64,000 bases of DNA, taken from the NCBI GenBank assembly GCA_012026655.1, contig JAAILG010000464.1, forward strand, positions 1 to 64,000. The letters are read 5' to 3'. Numbering within the stretch: position 1 is the first letter of the stretch; every line of letters begins with the position of its first letter. The translations under genes and the position numbers were made by a program. The notes beneath the pieces were generated by a model, which saw only the letters and a program-made list of their open reading frames with translations, had not been told where the DNA came from and did not search any database. This DNA is from Hydrolagus affinis. Taxonomy: Eukaryota. Positions 50,651 through 64,000 of this stretch are shown here, piece after piece.

Positions 50651-51599
50651 CTTTTGCAGACACTGCTTTATTTTTTCTGAACTGAAGTCCCCACGCATTA
50701 CTTCGTGTCCTCTCAACCAGTACAGAGATCACCGATTAACTCTGCACTTGCACGCTTCTGTTGTTGAAGCTATTGGTTTGGATGTGTTGGTTTGCAGGGA
50801 AATCTAATGCCATGCAGCCTGGAGTGTGCACAGTCTGCAAATAAATATGGCCTCTCTAAATTTGACTCAAATAAGGTTCACTGGTTGGTATCGTGGATTA
50901 GCACACTTCCGGGGCACTCAGGCAAAATCAAGCTTAGAACGTGAGGATGAAAGTCTGTCACCTCCACCATTTGCAATTGTCCAACATGGAATAAATTCAC
51001 GCATCCTGAACCCACTTTGTAATGGGTAGGAGTACTCAGCACAAAATTTTTAAAAATAACTCACTAATGTTGACATTAAAGTTGACATTGCATCGCTCAT
51101 CCCAATTAGATTAAATTTACGTATCCCCAGTGTGAGAAATGTCAATGTAGGTTACTTACTCTTAATGAGAAATGACTTTCACTTTTATCTTAAAAAACTT
51201 ATTTAAAACTCAAGTGTGTTTATCAAAATATCAACGAAAAAAACTGTCAGATATTTGTTAAATGTTACTGTAATATTGATATAAAGTTGGTGAATATGAT
51301 CTCTTTCGCACTCTTAACACATTAATACATTCCAAGATTTCCAAACTATTAAAAAATAAACTAAAATCTGCTTATGTTTTTATTAAATGCTTTCCATCTT
51401 CTTAAGACTATATTAAATCATACTAATGAATTGTTAGGAAAAAGCAGGATTGTATTTTACACATGTTCTCACATATATATACACTGTTATTAATCACACA
51501 TCATTGTTCTATTTTTTTCCACATTTTATCCTTGTATGAATCTTATCCAATAATTTTTTTTAAAAAAACTGAAAAGCAAGTAAGAGGTTAGTGTACAAA

Positions 51600-51700
51600 A
51601 TATGCAGTCACTGCACCTTATAGTTAACTCTGTGCAGTGCCATGAGAGTGGCACATCCCAATGTGAAGGGCGCGAATATCAAATGCAAGGATTATTATTA
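51600..51700 (+). mobile_element. SINE 3' tail fragment
   Basis: ATGTGAAGGGCGCGAATATCAAATGCAAGG(ATT)3. Confidence 0.75.
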
Positions 51701-53611
51701 CTACCATGGGTAGAACATTGGATATGCACATTGTTCTTGGGACTAAAGTTTGAATTCTGTTTCTGGATGAAGAAACTTTGTTTGTTGCAGGGTTCAGATA
51801 CTCTTAACCTAAATCCCAGTGGTTGTGGGTCCATGATGCAAGATTGATTAGAATTTGGTATTGGTAACGTGATAATCCAAATTGAGAAGCCATCAGAACT
51901 CGGCATTGCTCAAAACAAGTTGGTTGAGACACCACAGAAGAAGCCGCGATCTCTCCCTGGCATTGGATATAATTAATTGGTGCTTTATATTGAGATTGAG
52001 TGCAAAATTGTAAAAAGAAATTGCCACAACATAACAAATACAAACTGTTTTATACATATTATTTAAAAACATTGGATGATCAGAGATCCATTATAGATAA
52101 GCACAGCCTACTGTGCTTATATGTGTATCGGCGGCTACACTACTTACATACATATTACAGTAAAAAATAAATTTGGAACAACATGTACCTTTGTAACGCA
52201 CCCCTGATGATCTGATAGTTTTAATCTATAGATGCCAATCTCTACTTTATTATTGGCAAACCTGATAATTCACGGCATCAAAGTCTTATGCGGCAATCCA
52301 ATGTCCGAGATTTCTTTTTTGGAATGCATTTGAAAGCTAAGACAATCAACCCATACTTAAACTTAATATTGCACCTTTGACATTGTGTTATTGACGTTCT
52401 TTGATTCATTGGCAAGACTGCAACACACTCGTGGAATCATAGTCCTTTTCATGCTAGTGAAAGTGCTCACTTAATGTAGTCGTACCAGATGAGCCAGATC
52501 TTATTTAAAGTCGCTCATGAATAGTTAAATTCAAGTGTTTTAAATTGATGATAATTGGTGTGTCACATGTTGATGACATCACCAGATGAATCTGTCATGA
52601 TCAATTCCTTACACCTTGCAATATAATACTAGATCTAAATTATATCTTACTCTAAACAAATGGATTCTGGACACAATTTGCAGCAATTAATATAGATAGA
52701 TACAAGCCCAAGAGAACACAAAGGAAATAGGAATTTTACCTTAACTACACAGCGAATTAATGGGTTACATTCACTCTGAATTATTCCTAAACACATTTTG
52801 CTATCCTCTTCCCTTTTTAGGTTTCATTGCTTAAAGTTGTTTGATCAGAGGGAAAGATGGGTCAATCTGAGCGTAGAAGACACCATCATTACAAAATGTA
52901 ATTACTGCAGTGAGTCATTTTTCTTCTATACACAGCGCAGGATCAATTGCCAAGCAGTAAAAGATGGTGGACAGTGCAGTTAACAAACCTTGAGCATGGA
53001 GGACCAAACACAGAGGGTTAAATTGCAGATTGAGAAAGTGAGAATGGGTCAAGTTCTGAAGCGTGGTTCTATTGGCTTACTTAAGTTGGAAGCACTGCAT
53101 CACCACCATCTGCTGTCCGATCTAGCAGCTACACTCCATTTTTATTGTCTAATGAAGGTATGCTGCCTGTCAGATTCTTAGTAGCTACTCAATGCATTCT
53201 GCACTTTAATCAAACAGTGTGTTCCCAACTCATTGCTGAATAACAGACTGAATGTAGTGTGAAGGTGATAACCTTTTGTTTTGAACAAAAGTTTTCAAAG
53301 CTTCCTGGCATCTGCAGCTTATGCAATTTTTTTTGTGATTTCTTGTGGAGAGATTTATTCTATCCCAGTAAAAATAATAACTGCACTTTTTTACAGTCCT
53401 GAATTTTTATATTTCAAATCAGTGCATCAAGCCGTACATTTCAATGCCTACAGACTTTTCAATTCAGCAAATTCACATTATTAAAGCACGAAATGCGCAA
53501 TAATGGATTCTTGAAATAAAAATAAACTAGTTTTAAAAAATCTAATTTAGTGTCAGTCGACTCATTCATATGAGTTTAATATTAATAATCTCTTTTTAAT
53601 TAGGCTAGGAA

Positions 53612-53705
53612 TGCACAGTCATTACACTTTACACTACACTTTACAGTATATCCTGTGAAGCCCTTTGAAACATCATTTCTATGGTAAATACACAACATCA
53701 AGTGT
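53612..53705 (+). mobile_element. SINE 3' tail fragment (decayed)
   Basis: CACTTTACAGTATATCCTGTGAAGCCCTTTGAAACATC. Confidence 0.65.
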
Positions 53706-53859
53706 ATAGAATACTGTTCATACTTTTTAGATTTGACAGATGGTGTGAGTCCACTTGGAGCACTATCCGATTCCAAATAAAAAAAGATTGAGCAGATTTT
53801 GATTCTGGGATGCCAACTTTGAGAACCTTACCTGAGCTATAACAAACACATAGGGTTGA

Positions 53860-54480
53860 AACATGCGATATTTCAGAACAGATATGATGTGATAATCTGC
53901 AGTGAAATTTTCACCCCTGAATTGAGTTGCACTAACTATCCTCCGTGTCATTGTTTCTGTGTTCTCTACGCTGTTACATGGTTAATCTTGAGTATGTATT
54001 AATTAAAATCTGTCTATTTGACTGAACATGAAGTTGACTGACGAATATCCTACAAGTGTGGTAACATTATAGGTATCGCTGAATCTGGCCGCAAGGCGCG
54101 ACACATTTTGATCCTAGAAGAAACTGAAATGAAATAAACCTGCATCGTTCTGCATTCATTACTTAAAACAATGTGGTTTTTTTCTTCCCATCCTGTCGCT
54201 TAAAACCGTGATAATCCATTTTCTAAAATAAAAAAAGGATGTTCAAACATGATGGCGTTACACTGGAAAATGTAACCTCTGCACCTACTGATGGTGACAA
54301 GATGGCGGTCAGAGTGAAACAATGAAGAATCTGATCATTCCGAGAGTCGCCTGTGTGAATTAAACGAATGTGCTCTGCAGGGCTCTGGGAGATATTAAGT
54401 ACATTTGTTTATCAAAGCATAACGAGTACAACAAATGTAATATGATTGCCAATGCTCTTTTTCACTCCACTGTCTCGGAG
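53860..54480. promoter_or_regulatory. Candidate regulatory block: CNE-like segment followed by a CpG-retaining patch with a YY1 motif
   Basis: About 14 CpG in 54060-54480 by hand count. CAAGATGGCGG at 54298-54308 and a second ATGGCG at about 54252. Confidence 0.35.
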
Positions 54481-56346
54481 AGGAAGCTAAAAACTGTGAT
54501 TGAAGGCAGAACCTCTTATCAAATACTGTTAGAATAAACTGAAACCAGTAAGGATTACAAGACTAACCAGATTTCTACCCAGATATTAATGATTAAGGTA
54601 CATCTTTAACCTTGCCAGTCAGATTTATATCAACATTGATTTTCTGTTTCACAGACAATATCTAAAATATACCACCATTAGGCACATTCTTTAAACCAAG
54701 GTGCCCCTGCAGAGAACTGTATTTGGATAAATGGCTTCTGAAAACCCTGTAAATATTCTTTCACATCAGTGTCATTACTTCCATGAAATGATAATGAAGC
54801 ATGAAAGGAAGATGATTCCATATTCAGATGACAGCATCAGCCTTCATAAGCAAACTGAAATATTTATTACCAGACTGCCCAACGTCCCTGTCCATAATCT
54901 TAAAAAGACAAAAAAAAAATCCATTGAGAGGTCAGAAATGTAAGCAGCAGAAAACTAGCCAGCGATCTGTTAATATTAGTTCTTAAAACCCGGCAAAGCA
55001 ATTATTCTTATTTTCATAAAAAGCTATACAAATTAAAAAACTACCCTGAGGCTACAAGGTTTACAGTTATGATTAAAAACATAAAATTGCAATGCCTGAT
55101 CTATTTGACTAAATAATCAAATTCATTAATATTGTTCAAGCTTTCAGCGACAGATTGTTTTTACATCTAAGTAAGCCAAAAATACTACAGCTTTGCACAT
55201 TGCACACCAATTTCACATGAGCTGTGGGAATAAAGGATTCAATTCTTATTTGTTCAACAATAGGAAGTGCAACACAGATATGTATGCAGCAGCCCAAACG
55301 TTTTCTTTCCTTTTTCCTTTCCAAAACAAAATATCAGATTACAATTCATTAGAGTAACTATGATGTAAATTGCATGTAATAGTTTCATCATGAGCACTTC
55401 TTATGGATGAGGTCTTTCAGACAGAAATAACAAGTCAAAGCTGTAACTCTGACAGTATTTTCTAAGTTTTTTTTTTGACGAAGTTTATTCTGGCCACAAT
55501 CAGCTTAAAAACATGCAAAGGACACAGTCCAGCATTTAGCTGTGCTGCATGACCTCTGTTTCACCTTCTTAAATGAACAAGAATAAAGCACCAGCACAAA
55601 CGACAAGTAAATCCTCGCGTACCAAGAATATGCTTCGTGATAAAACTTTAAAATGGATTAAAATTTAAAAATAAACCTGATCAAGATCAATTTCAAAACA
55701 CTACATAAAATTAATTATAGTTTTGCATTGGGAATGTGGATGTAGATTTCTGGAGTCGGTGCCATTTATCTCCAGCCGTGCGATACACAGGACGATTAGA
55801 AACCCAAATCCACTCCCCCAAGTCTAAGGACTATCGGATGCTTGAAGTAAAAATGATTAACTCCAAATTATTCAAATCATTGTACAACAGCTCCAACATG
55901 ATGGAAATTTACGGCAACTTGTAGGAACTACAGAGAGGCAGATTTAGGGCTATTTATCAAAATCAAGACTGACTAGCAGTGACAGAATCCAGATAGATTA
56001 TACAGTAATATGGCAGTGGTGCTGTAAGTCTGCTCTGCAGATTTCCAATTTTATCTGCAATTTTTTGACTGTTTCTAATTGTGTTGCCTACATTTGCATT
56101 TTTATAAAATTGACTTTAAGGATTTATTTAATTCTTTAGGCTTTACCAATAAAAGAAAGACCATATTTAAATGATGCCTCTGGAAATCCTTTTGTATTTT
56201 CTAAAGCTCCCTTTCTTTGGCCTGAAAAATAGAAGGCATTATTTTCAGTAAAATATTTGATCTACAATACAAATGCTATTTTGCTTTCAATGGAGATACT
56301 GTTGAGTATTTTACTTGCGTACAGGGTCAGGTATGATTAGCAATAT

Positions 56347-56410
56347 AACAACAACAACAACTAAATTATACTTGTATAGCGCCTTTCACGTCAGGAGGAC
56401 ATCCCAAGGT
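56347..56410 (-). mobile_element. L2-type tail fragment
   Basis: (AAC)5...CTTGTATAGCGCCTTTCACGTCAGGAGGACATCCCAAGG. Confidence 0.8.
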
Positions 56411-56921
56411 AATAATGAGTGTGATCTGGTTCATGATATTTTCTGCAATTTTGTATGAAACTAAAAGGAATTCACACAAAGTACTATAATATTGTAAAAC
56501 AAAACTTTAGACAAACTTTGTACTGTACAGCGTTTACAATGGATGTAAAGATTGGCCTCACTTACATGATTTGGATAATAATATTAAGAATTATTAAAAG
56601 TGATCATCAAGGAAACTGACAGACAAATGGATAGTTAATGGATAAATATTCTCAATGCTAAGAACTGGGTGAAGCTCCAAACCTAATACTGTACTGTAGT
56701 AACATTATATTTGTTATTAACATCGTGGAAATAGAAATATATTGAAGAGGTGGAATTTTTACTTTTGCAAAATGTTATTTAAAACGAGTAGACTGCATTA
56801 TTGTTTTATATTCATAGGCCTATATGACATAGACACAATCACCACCCAATGTACAAGTGTACATTTAGAAATGCAAGCAATTGCATGTCATGTAGTGACT
56901 GGCAGTCTCCAAAAACGACTT

Positions 56922-57022
56922 TAATCCTTGCATTTGATATAGCCTTTCACATCTTATCGATGTCCCAAAGCGCTTCACAGAATATACTGTAAAGTGAATT
57001 GACTATATATTTGTGGACGAAA
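56922..57022 (-). mobile_element. SINE 3' tail fragment
   Basis: TAATCCTTGCATTTGATATAGC...AAAGCGCTTCACAGAATATACTGTAAAGTGAATTGACTATATATTTGTGG. Confidence 0.9.
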
Positions 57023-57124
57023 TTGAATTGTTATACAGGTCTAGTTTTCTGTATTTCTTAATAGGATTCCTTAATAAGGAATCCATGTTGCACAAAAGCA
57101 GTGCCTTCTGTTAACCAGAATCTT

Positions 57125-57182
57125 AAGCTTTCCGGGACGCTACCCTACATGAAGGGCGCTATATAAATACAAGTTGTTATTG
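57125..57182 (+). mobile_element. L2-type tail fragment
   Basis: GGGACG...ATGAAGGGCGCTATATAAATACAAGTTGTT. Confidence 0.75.
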
Positions 57183-57758
57183 ATGTGTGTGGCATTCTTT
57201 CACGTGGGAATTTGGCTCTGACACAATCTGCTTCCAGTGCTGAGTTCCCTTTCAGAAATACCGCAAATACCACAAAAAACCCCAAATATCAGTTCACTCC
57301 TGAGATCTCAAGTAAATAATAATCAACTCAACAAAACAATCTTAAGACCTGGGACCATTTTACCAAAATAAAAAGCACCAATTCTACACTGGAAGCCCTA
57401 AATTGGACCAAAGGCATTATCCTCATCCTCGAACAGGCTGTTTGTTACACGTAGAACACCAGTGATTCCAAGACATGCAATTGCTGTTTTGAATTAGGAA
57501 ACCTTTTTGACAAAATGCACATAGTTTAGAAATGCATTATCTGAGGCAGTAATGCTGTTTAATGCCAAAATCCTGTTTCATATTGTTTGGCTGATAACGT
57601 TAACAACCATGATACTCTACACTAATTCAATAAATTCAAACTCTAGACATGAACATATGCTGTTTTTACAATATTAGTGGTAACATTCACACTCTTTTTG
57701 CACCCAGCATTATGCTTTTCATGCTATTTACTGCTATTTTCCACCTCCCCTTAAATCT

Positions 57759-57890
57759 NNNNNNNNNNNNNNNNNNNNNNNNNNNNNNNNNNNNNNNNNN
57801 NNNNNNNNNNNNNNNNNNNNNNNNNNNNNNNNNNNNNNNNNNNNNNNNNNNNNNNNNNNNNNNNNNNNNNNNNNNNNNNNNNNNNNNNNN
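57759..57890. other. Assembly gap (132 N)
   Basis: Run of N bases. Confidence 1.
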
Positions 57891-58844
57891 GACAAAAGAA
57901 TGACGAAGAAACAGGGCTGAGGAAGGTGCTGCCTCAGTAAAATTCACAGGAGAAAGAAAAAAATATATTAAGGAATCAGATAGATACCTTAACCTTTTTG
58001 AAACTCATGTTGTTTAATAACTATAGAGATTGTAGAAAGAACTGGGAAAGAAACCAAACACCATTAGTTTTCTATGAATAAGAAACTGCTGTACATTTAC
58101 TAACAGAGAATATACTGTAATTGTATGGCCTAAGGCCGGAAAGGTACTATGTGAATGTTTCAGACTTGTGTCATAATGCAGAGGTAAAATACTTGAGTCC
58201 TCCTTATGATCTCAGTACCCTTGGCAGACAGGCTTAAATTACTGTACCACACTAGCTTATACAGAGTTCCTTGCATTGGTGTAGAGGTTTGCAGAATCAC
58301 AATTAGCTAAATAGAGTATGCACTGTAACAAATCAGACTAAATTTGTATTGTTCTATTGCAAATCTGGACCAATGTTATAAATGATTATTAATTTCCAGA
58401 TGTCCCACTTTGTTGTGTATTGTTTTAGGATTTATTTACTCTCACTGTTTTCCTTCAAAACACTATATCATTAACGCCCCAATTAAACTGCAGGTTCCAG
58501 TTTGGTGCGGTGCATTTAGCAAAACAATTTGGAGCCAAAGTATCACAATTATACAGTCAGCTCAAAATCACTCTGGATGTTCGAAGGGATGTGACACATG
58601 CAACTAAGCTAACTAAGCTGCTTAATTTCTAACCTTATTTTACTTTATTTTATTTTCTAGTAGTTGGTCCAGCAGAACCCCAAAGAACATGTAAAAGTAC
58701 TGTAATATGATTTTTAGGTTTAAAAATTGGATCTGAATTCTACTGCGGACTAACTGGTACCCGATGGAAAATTAATTATTGGGAGATTGGACTCCTACAT
58801 GGGCTGATACCTGTTCCTCAATTGATTTATTAGAGCTGCATCAA

Positions 58845-59198
58845 TGGCTGCACTCTCCCATCTGAGTCAGAAGGTTGACATCCAAGCCCCACCTTTGCAT
58901 TTGAAATCACAGAGTCTATTCTAAGCTGAAACTCCATGGTGGGGGTTGCATTTTTGCAGGTGCCATGCTTCGTAGACATTAAACCCATCTGCCTGTTCAC
59001 GTTAAATAAAATTGGTCATTGACTCCATGGCTGTTTATGGGACATTGCTGTGCGCAAATTTGTGACCCAAATTGGCATTACAAACTGTTTTTACCCACAA
59101 AATACACAGTCAATCTACTTTATAGTATATCTTGTAAAGTACTTGGAGACTCTAAAAGATGTGATAAGATGCTATATCAAATGGGAGGCTTATTATTT
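58845..59198 (+). mobile_element. DeuSINE with SacSINE1-like head, partial Deu domain and family tail
   Basis: GCACTCTCCCATCTGAGTCAGAAGGTTG...GGTGCCATGCTTCGTAGACATTAAACCCATCTGCCTGTTC...AATTGGTCATT...GCTGTGCGCAAAT...GCTATATCAAATG. Confidence 0.85.
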
Positions 59199-61859
59199 TT
59201 ATTCAAAACAAGGATTATAGATATTCTACATCTCGTCAAGACAATGTAAAATGTGCCTCATAACTAGGGCATAAATCCATCACTCCAACCAATAGAGAAT
59301 CTGCACCAAGAAATCAACACAATGGAATAAAACCAGAAGAATCTCAATGCATATTGAATACAAATTCTGGAAATGCAAAGTAATCTGGCAAAATTAGACT
59401 GTCTAATTAAATTGAAAGAGCATATAAAGGAACAAGCAAAGGAGCCTGAGAAGAAATATTATAATAGTATTTACAAGCAGAAATGAACCAGTTGAAAATG
59501 GCTAATTTTGAACAGCAAGGACTCACTGAAGCATTGCAAGTGACCACAGATTAGAAAGATAAATCTGTTCAGAAGGTGTAAAAGAACCTGGAATGTTGCT
59601 TGTAGTAAATGAGAAGCTGAAAGACTCCGCCAATGTATTATCAGTTAGAAAGACTTTTAGAACAAGGGACCAGGGTACCAAAAATCCTATTTTTGTGTTC
59701 AGCCGATGTAGAAAACACATTGCCATGTTCAATAGTCAAACCATTGTTCTGCAGGAGTTCTGCATAAGCATGCCACTTACACATTGAAATTGTTCTTGTC
59801 TGGAATGGTGGGTACATTTCTTTGGAGAATCATAACCTGCTTACCTAATTCTGAGCGTTCTAGGTGTACATTTTTGATAAAGGTAATAACATCGAATAAA
59901 CTCCAACTGTATTCGAGGTAACAACATAGCATGTGAATCAAGACTTTCTCCAGTTGACAGTATCTACAGATGCAGAAAGTGTAATTTCCTCTTTTTCTCC
60001 CTCCTATCTGCTTGACACATGTACAAAATACATTATGCACTCTTAGCATTTAAAATCACTTGAAACTACCAATCCTTTTCTGTAATGTATTGTGCAACAT
60101 GGCATTTCAAAATGTTGTATACAGATTTCAGTATCTGCAGCAAAATAACAGATGATTTAAGATTTCAACAGTGGATTCTGTCTTTTTATACTCATTATTC
60201 TGAAATATACGACCGTTTTTAATCTGTAAAATAATTGAGTACTATTCAGTTTGTTGGTAATTGCATCTAAATCTTATTTTTAGCCTCTGTTTTTAAATTA
60301 GTTGTACTCCCTGGAATCACACATCAGTTTCAGCCTTTCATGAAGGCTCAAACGTTTATTAGCAAGCTGTTTGTTCCACTTAATCAAGGTGTATGCTGTG
60401 AGACTTTGCTAGTCAAACTAACAATGATATAGATATTATTTGGTGGCCTGTCACTCAAGCCATCATACATGATTCACAGTGAGTATTCTTAAGCCTTAAC
60501 TGATTATAGCAGGTGACCTGTGACATGCTAAGCTACAATAGTTCACTTAAATAACAGGTCCGAACTAGCCTTTGTTATCTTGGATAGGTTTGATTTTTAT
60601 ATAGCTTGCATGGACTGTATCAGTTGTGAGAATGGGTATCTCCAACTGTAGCTTTCTGTGGACAATGTAACATCTAGTATGCCAATGTTATTTCATTCCA
60701 TTTCAATAAAGCTTGGTATGCATTAATTATGCCTGCATGTGTTCAATTGATTCTTCATTAACATAATTTTAAATGAAGCATTGGACAATTCTGTTCTGTA
60801 AAAGATGTTTTTGTCGCAGTTAACAAAAACACAAGGAATGTAATTTTTTGTAATGGCATAAAAATCAAAAATTGTTCATGGCTTTTTTCCCATTAACAGG
60901 AAAGCTATACAATACCGTGGACTATTTATATTGTAAATTGAACAAGATGTTTTTGAATTGCGCTTATAGTATCATTCTTAGCAAGGCCAAAATAATGTAC
61001 TATTAAAATAATAAAGCACAGTTCATGCAAAGAATATGATTCTAACTTTAAATTCGATAATTTCTGATTTTTCAATTTAGTACAGGGCTACAATCTGATT
61101 TCATACTGTATATTCACAAGCTAGTATATTTGATGGTTGTTTTGAACATGACATACATGATATATTTGGGTCTAAAATGAGATAACTACTACTTTCCTGC
61201 TTCAAATTCACCTATGCCAGTCCTTGGTTTCAGATCACTGTATAAGAGTATTTCATGAAAGACATAACCTAATCATAAAGGAATATCTCATAAACTCTGT
61301 ATAGGCATACCAGATTTTATGATACCTAGTTTCTACATTTCTTCTTTTACCCAGCACCTGGGATATTTAAGGTTTATTGCAGTACTCAATAAGAAAAACG
61401 AACTCAATCTAAAATTATTAACTGTGCTGTTTTTTTTGCTTCTGACCTAGCTGATAACTCAGATTTAATGATCAAAAGTTAGTACAACCGAGAAAAGAAA
61501 ATCACAGAATGATCAAGAATTCTGCATGTTATCCTTCATTTAAAGGGAAGAAAAGTCAAAATCTAAACACACACCATATGAATGCCACCTGTGATCAACA
61601 TAACCAAGGCAAAGCGAGTTCTAAAGAGAAATTGTAAAGTAGAAATGAGTTGCTTTAGACGAGAAAAATAAGAAATCCGTGCAATTATTCAGGATTGCAT
61701 ATTCATATGAGATATTCACCAAGGCAAATTATTTTAGAATTTCAATGGGGAGATTGAGTTTTAAATTACATACAGAATACAAGACCATCATTTTGGCACA
61801 CAATAAATAAGCAATCTGCAAAAACAATTGTTCCCGTTTTAAAAATTTCTGTGTCCTTT

Positions 61860-62500
61860 TAAAATGCAATCTCAACTGACCCAAAGTTTATAAGCTCCTC
61901 TCTTATTGTGTGCAGTGGTGTTTGCTGGAAACAGACATGATGTCTTTCGAACCATTTTGGAGAAAAGCCAACCAAAGCGTCAATCACAGTCTGCTCTTCT
62001 GTATCACAACACGAATGCATTGCAATGTGACAAATTCTCAACCCTACAAAACACCTCAGGGCAAGTTAATTGTACTAATTTTTCTTGACAATTCATGTAA
62101 GTTACACGGGGAAACAATGCTATCTGTATTGTGTGGAAGTGCGACTGTCATTATTCAAGATGATGACATTAGAACAATGTACTTTTATGTAACTGTAATC
62201 AATCTTTACCCTTGAGCCTTGTCATAAAATACTACTGAAAATGTTCTTGCGTGACCTGAAAATGAAACATGTTGGGCCATGACTATGAGGATTAACAAAT
62301 CTGTAGCGAGAAGCAACAGATTGGGTTCTAGTGTTAGTAAATATAGTAGCATTATTCAATATGTCCTCCTGCGCTTTGATTACTTGAATGCCTGCTTGCT
62401 TATAAATAATAACTGACACAGTAATGGTAACAAAGGATGAAATTTTATGGGGAATCCCTATTAATGAGAACATTCATTAAAACGAAATGGTGTTGAGAAA
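61860..62500. promoter_or_regulatory. Candidate conserved non-coding element(s)
   Basis: Long repeat-free block with TGACA, TGTCA, AACAATG (twice), TAATCAAT and GTCATAAA motifs. Inference only. Confidence 0.3.
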
Positions 62501-64000
62501 CTTACTGAACAACCCAAACCTCCCACAATGTTTGTCTAATAGAAAGAGTAAATAAAAAGGTAAAGTTTTGCTCCTTGTTGCTTGCCAACCAGTGAGACGT
62601 TTCTGCTGTGCAGGGCTTTGCACTGGGTAGAGAAATAATTTTCCATAGATTTCTCAAAACAAAAAATGCATCTCACATATTTAAGTTGACTCCATCACAA
62701 TATTATTTCAAATTTTTGTTTTTCAAATTGACGGCTAACCTCTTTGTAAACTGCAACAACTCACTTTAAAAATCTGTGTGGCATAATAACATTACCACAC
62801 AGCTTTAAGGTAAACAACCACTACATAACTGTATATACACTAAATTAATTCAATCAAGCACATGACTGCGGTACTGGGAATATCAAACTTTGTCAAACTC
62901 TACAGTTATTCATTAATTTGTCAATTGTACAATGCAGTCTTCGAATGCAAATCCTGTATTTAAACAAGTCTCGTACACATTCTACCACAGTTCAATATCC
63001 ATTTTTAAGCAAAACATGCCATAATCAGATCATATAAAATTGAGAAATTCTATTCCAGATGGAAATTCTGTTTGATGCTTTCTATGTAGGCTTTGAAAAA
63101 GCAGGTTGTTTAATTTCCAAAATTCAATCATTGAACAATAAGAACATTTCTGTTGTAAAGAAATGTAAAGTGATACATTTGCTACATGAATTGAAAATGC
63201 AATGACAACCCAGTTATTGAATGCTTTGCCTGGAGAGAAACTCATACCTGGCCAGATTATCCTACATTTAATTCTTGGCCTGTACAATGAGGTGGTCTAA
63301 TGGGGGCATCGGGGTGGGGTGGGGGGACAACCATTGAAAACACTTCAAATGGTCTCAAAGTCATTCCACATGTAACAGTGTTACGTAGGGAAATATCATT
63401 CCCAATCACTATCATTCACAATCATGTTTGGGTTTCAACAGTAATTAGCAAAGGCTGTAAAGGACGAAAATGTGGGAAACATAGCAAGATCAGCCATGAA
63501 ACAAAGCGATTTGATGATGTGCAGAAGAGAAGTCAAAACAATAAGTTATTTTTGACATAAGTATTTTAGGCAGCAAATTCTAAATATTTACAGATCCCCT
63601 CAGAGTATGGTTGCAGTATAGACACCTGAGCATCTGCCGATAGAAACATTAATGTGCTTTAGTTTACGGATTTAGAGTTTCTATAGTTTTATTAAAACTT
63701 GACTCAAATCTGGTGGTGAATTGATCTGGATTGGCAGTGTTCATCTCTGTGACATTTTAGAGATGAACAACAGGCATTAGGCAATGGCAATGAAATGTAA
63801 GTTTTGTAGTTAAATGTAGTGGGGTGCATGCTGCTTTATTTAGCAATCAAGTATAAATACAATTGTTAATCCTTCATTGAGGCTGTCATCATGCATCAAC
63901 TGCACGGAGTGTCCTGATTGTCAATATCTGCGGCTAACAAAAGAAAACTAAACTACCTTCACAAACTTTGTTTTGCCAAATTTAATTTTTTTAAATAATG

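Noticed and set aside
52821-52909. Possible plus-strand exon (strong pyrimidine tract, GCA|GTGAGT donor)
   Set aside because: The peptide is unrecognisable and there are no compatible partner exons; pseudo-exons are common.
57649-57947. ORFs spanning the N run
   Set aside because: Artefacts of the assembly gap.
1-64000. CRISPR array, operon, rRNA, LTR/ERV or other viral insert
   Set aside because: No regularly spaced repeats, no long ORFs, and no rRNA, gag/pol or viral motifs seen; the DNA is vertebrate non-coding sequence.

Overview
AT-rich vertebrate non-coding DNA: a gene desert or a very large intron. The repeat content (tRNA-headed Deu-domain SINEs with L2-type tails, shark-type CR1 3' ends, a shark-type Penelope terminal motif) points to a cartilaginous fish, probably a holocephalan; this is inference. 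I recognise no intact protein-coding gene, and the listed ORFs are random or decayed transposon frames. Supported content: more than 20 DeuSINE/L2-tail copies, mostly truncated or internally deleted; L2 and CR1 3' fragments; a near full-length fossil ZBED4-like hAT transposase (about 25.1-27.0 kb, minus strand); several heavily decayed Penelope-like (RT/GIY-YIG) fragments plus a degenerate Penelope-type minimal hammerhead ribozyme (40.43 kb); two local duplications of 100 and 142 bp; two degenerate hairpins; three AT-rich patches that retain CpG; several repeat-free, homeodomain-motif-rich blocks that look like conserved non-coding enhancers; one 132-bp assembly gap. I cannot show a wholly new biological system. 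The best leads are the hammerhead, the hAT fossil, the modular SINE architecture and the templated-insertion-like duplication. All family consensus comparisons are from memory and need a database check.
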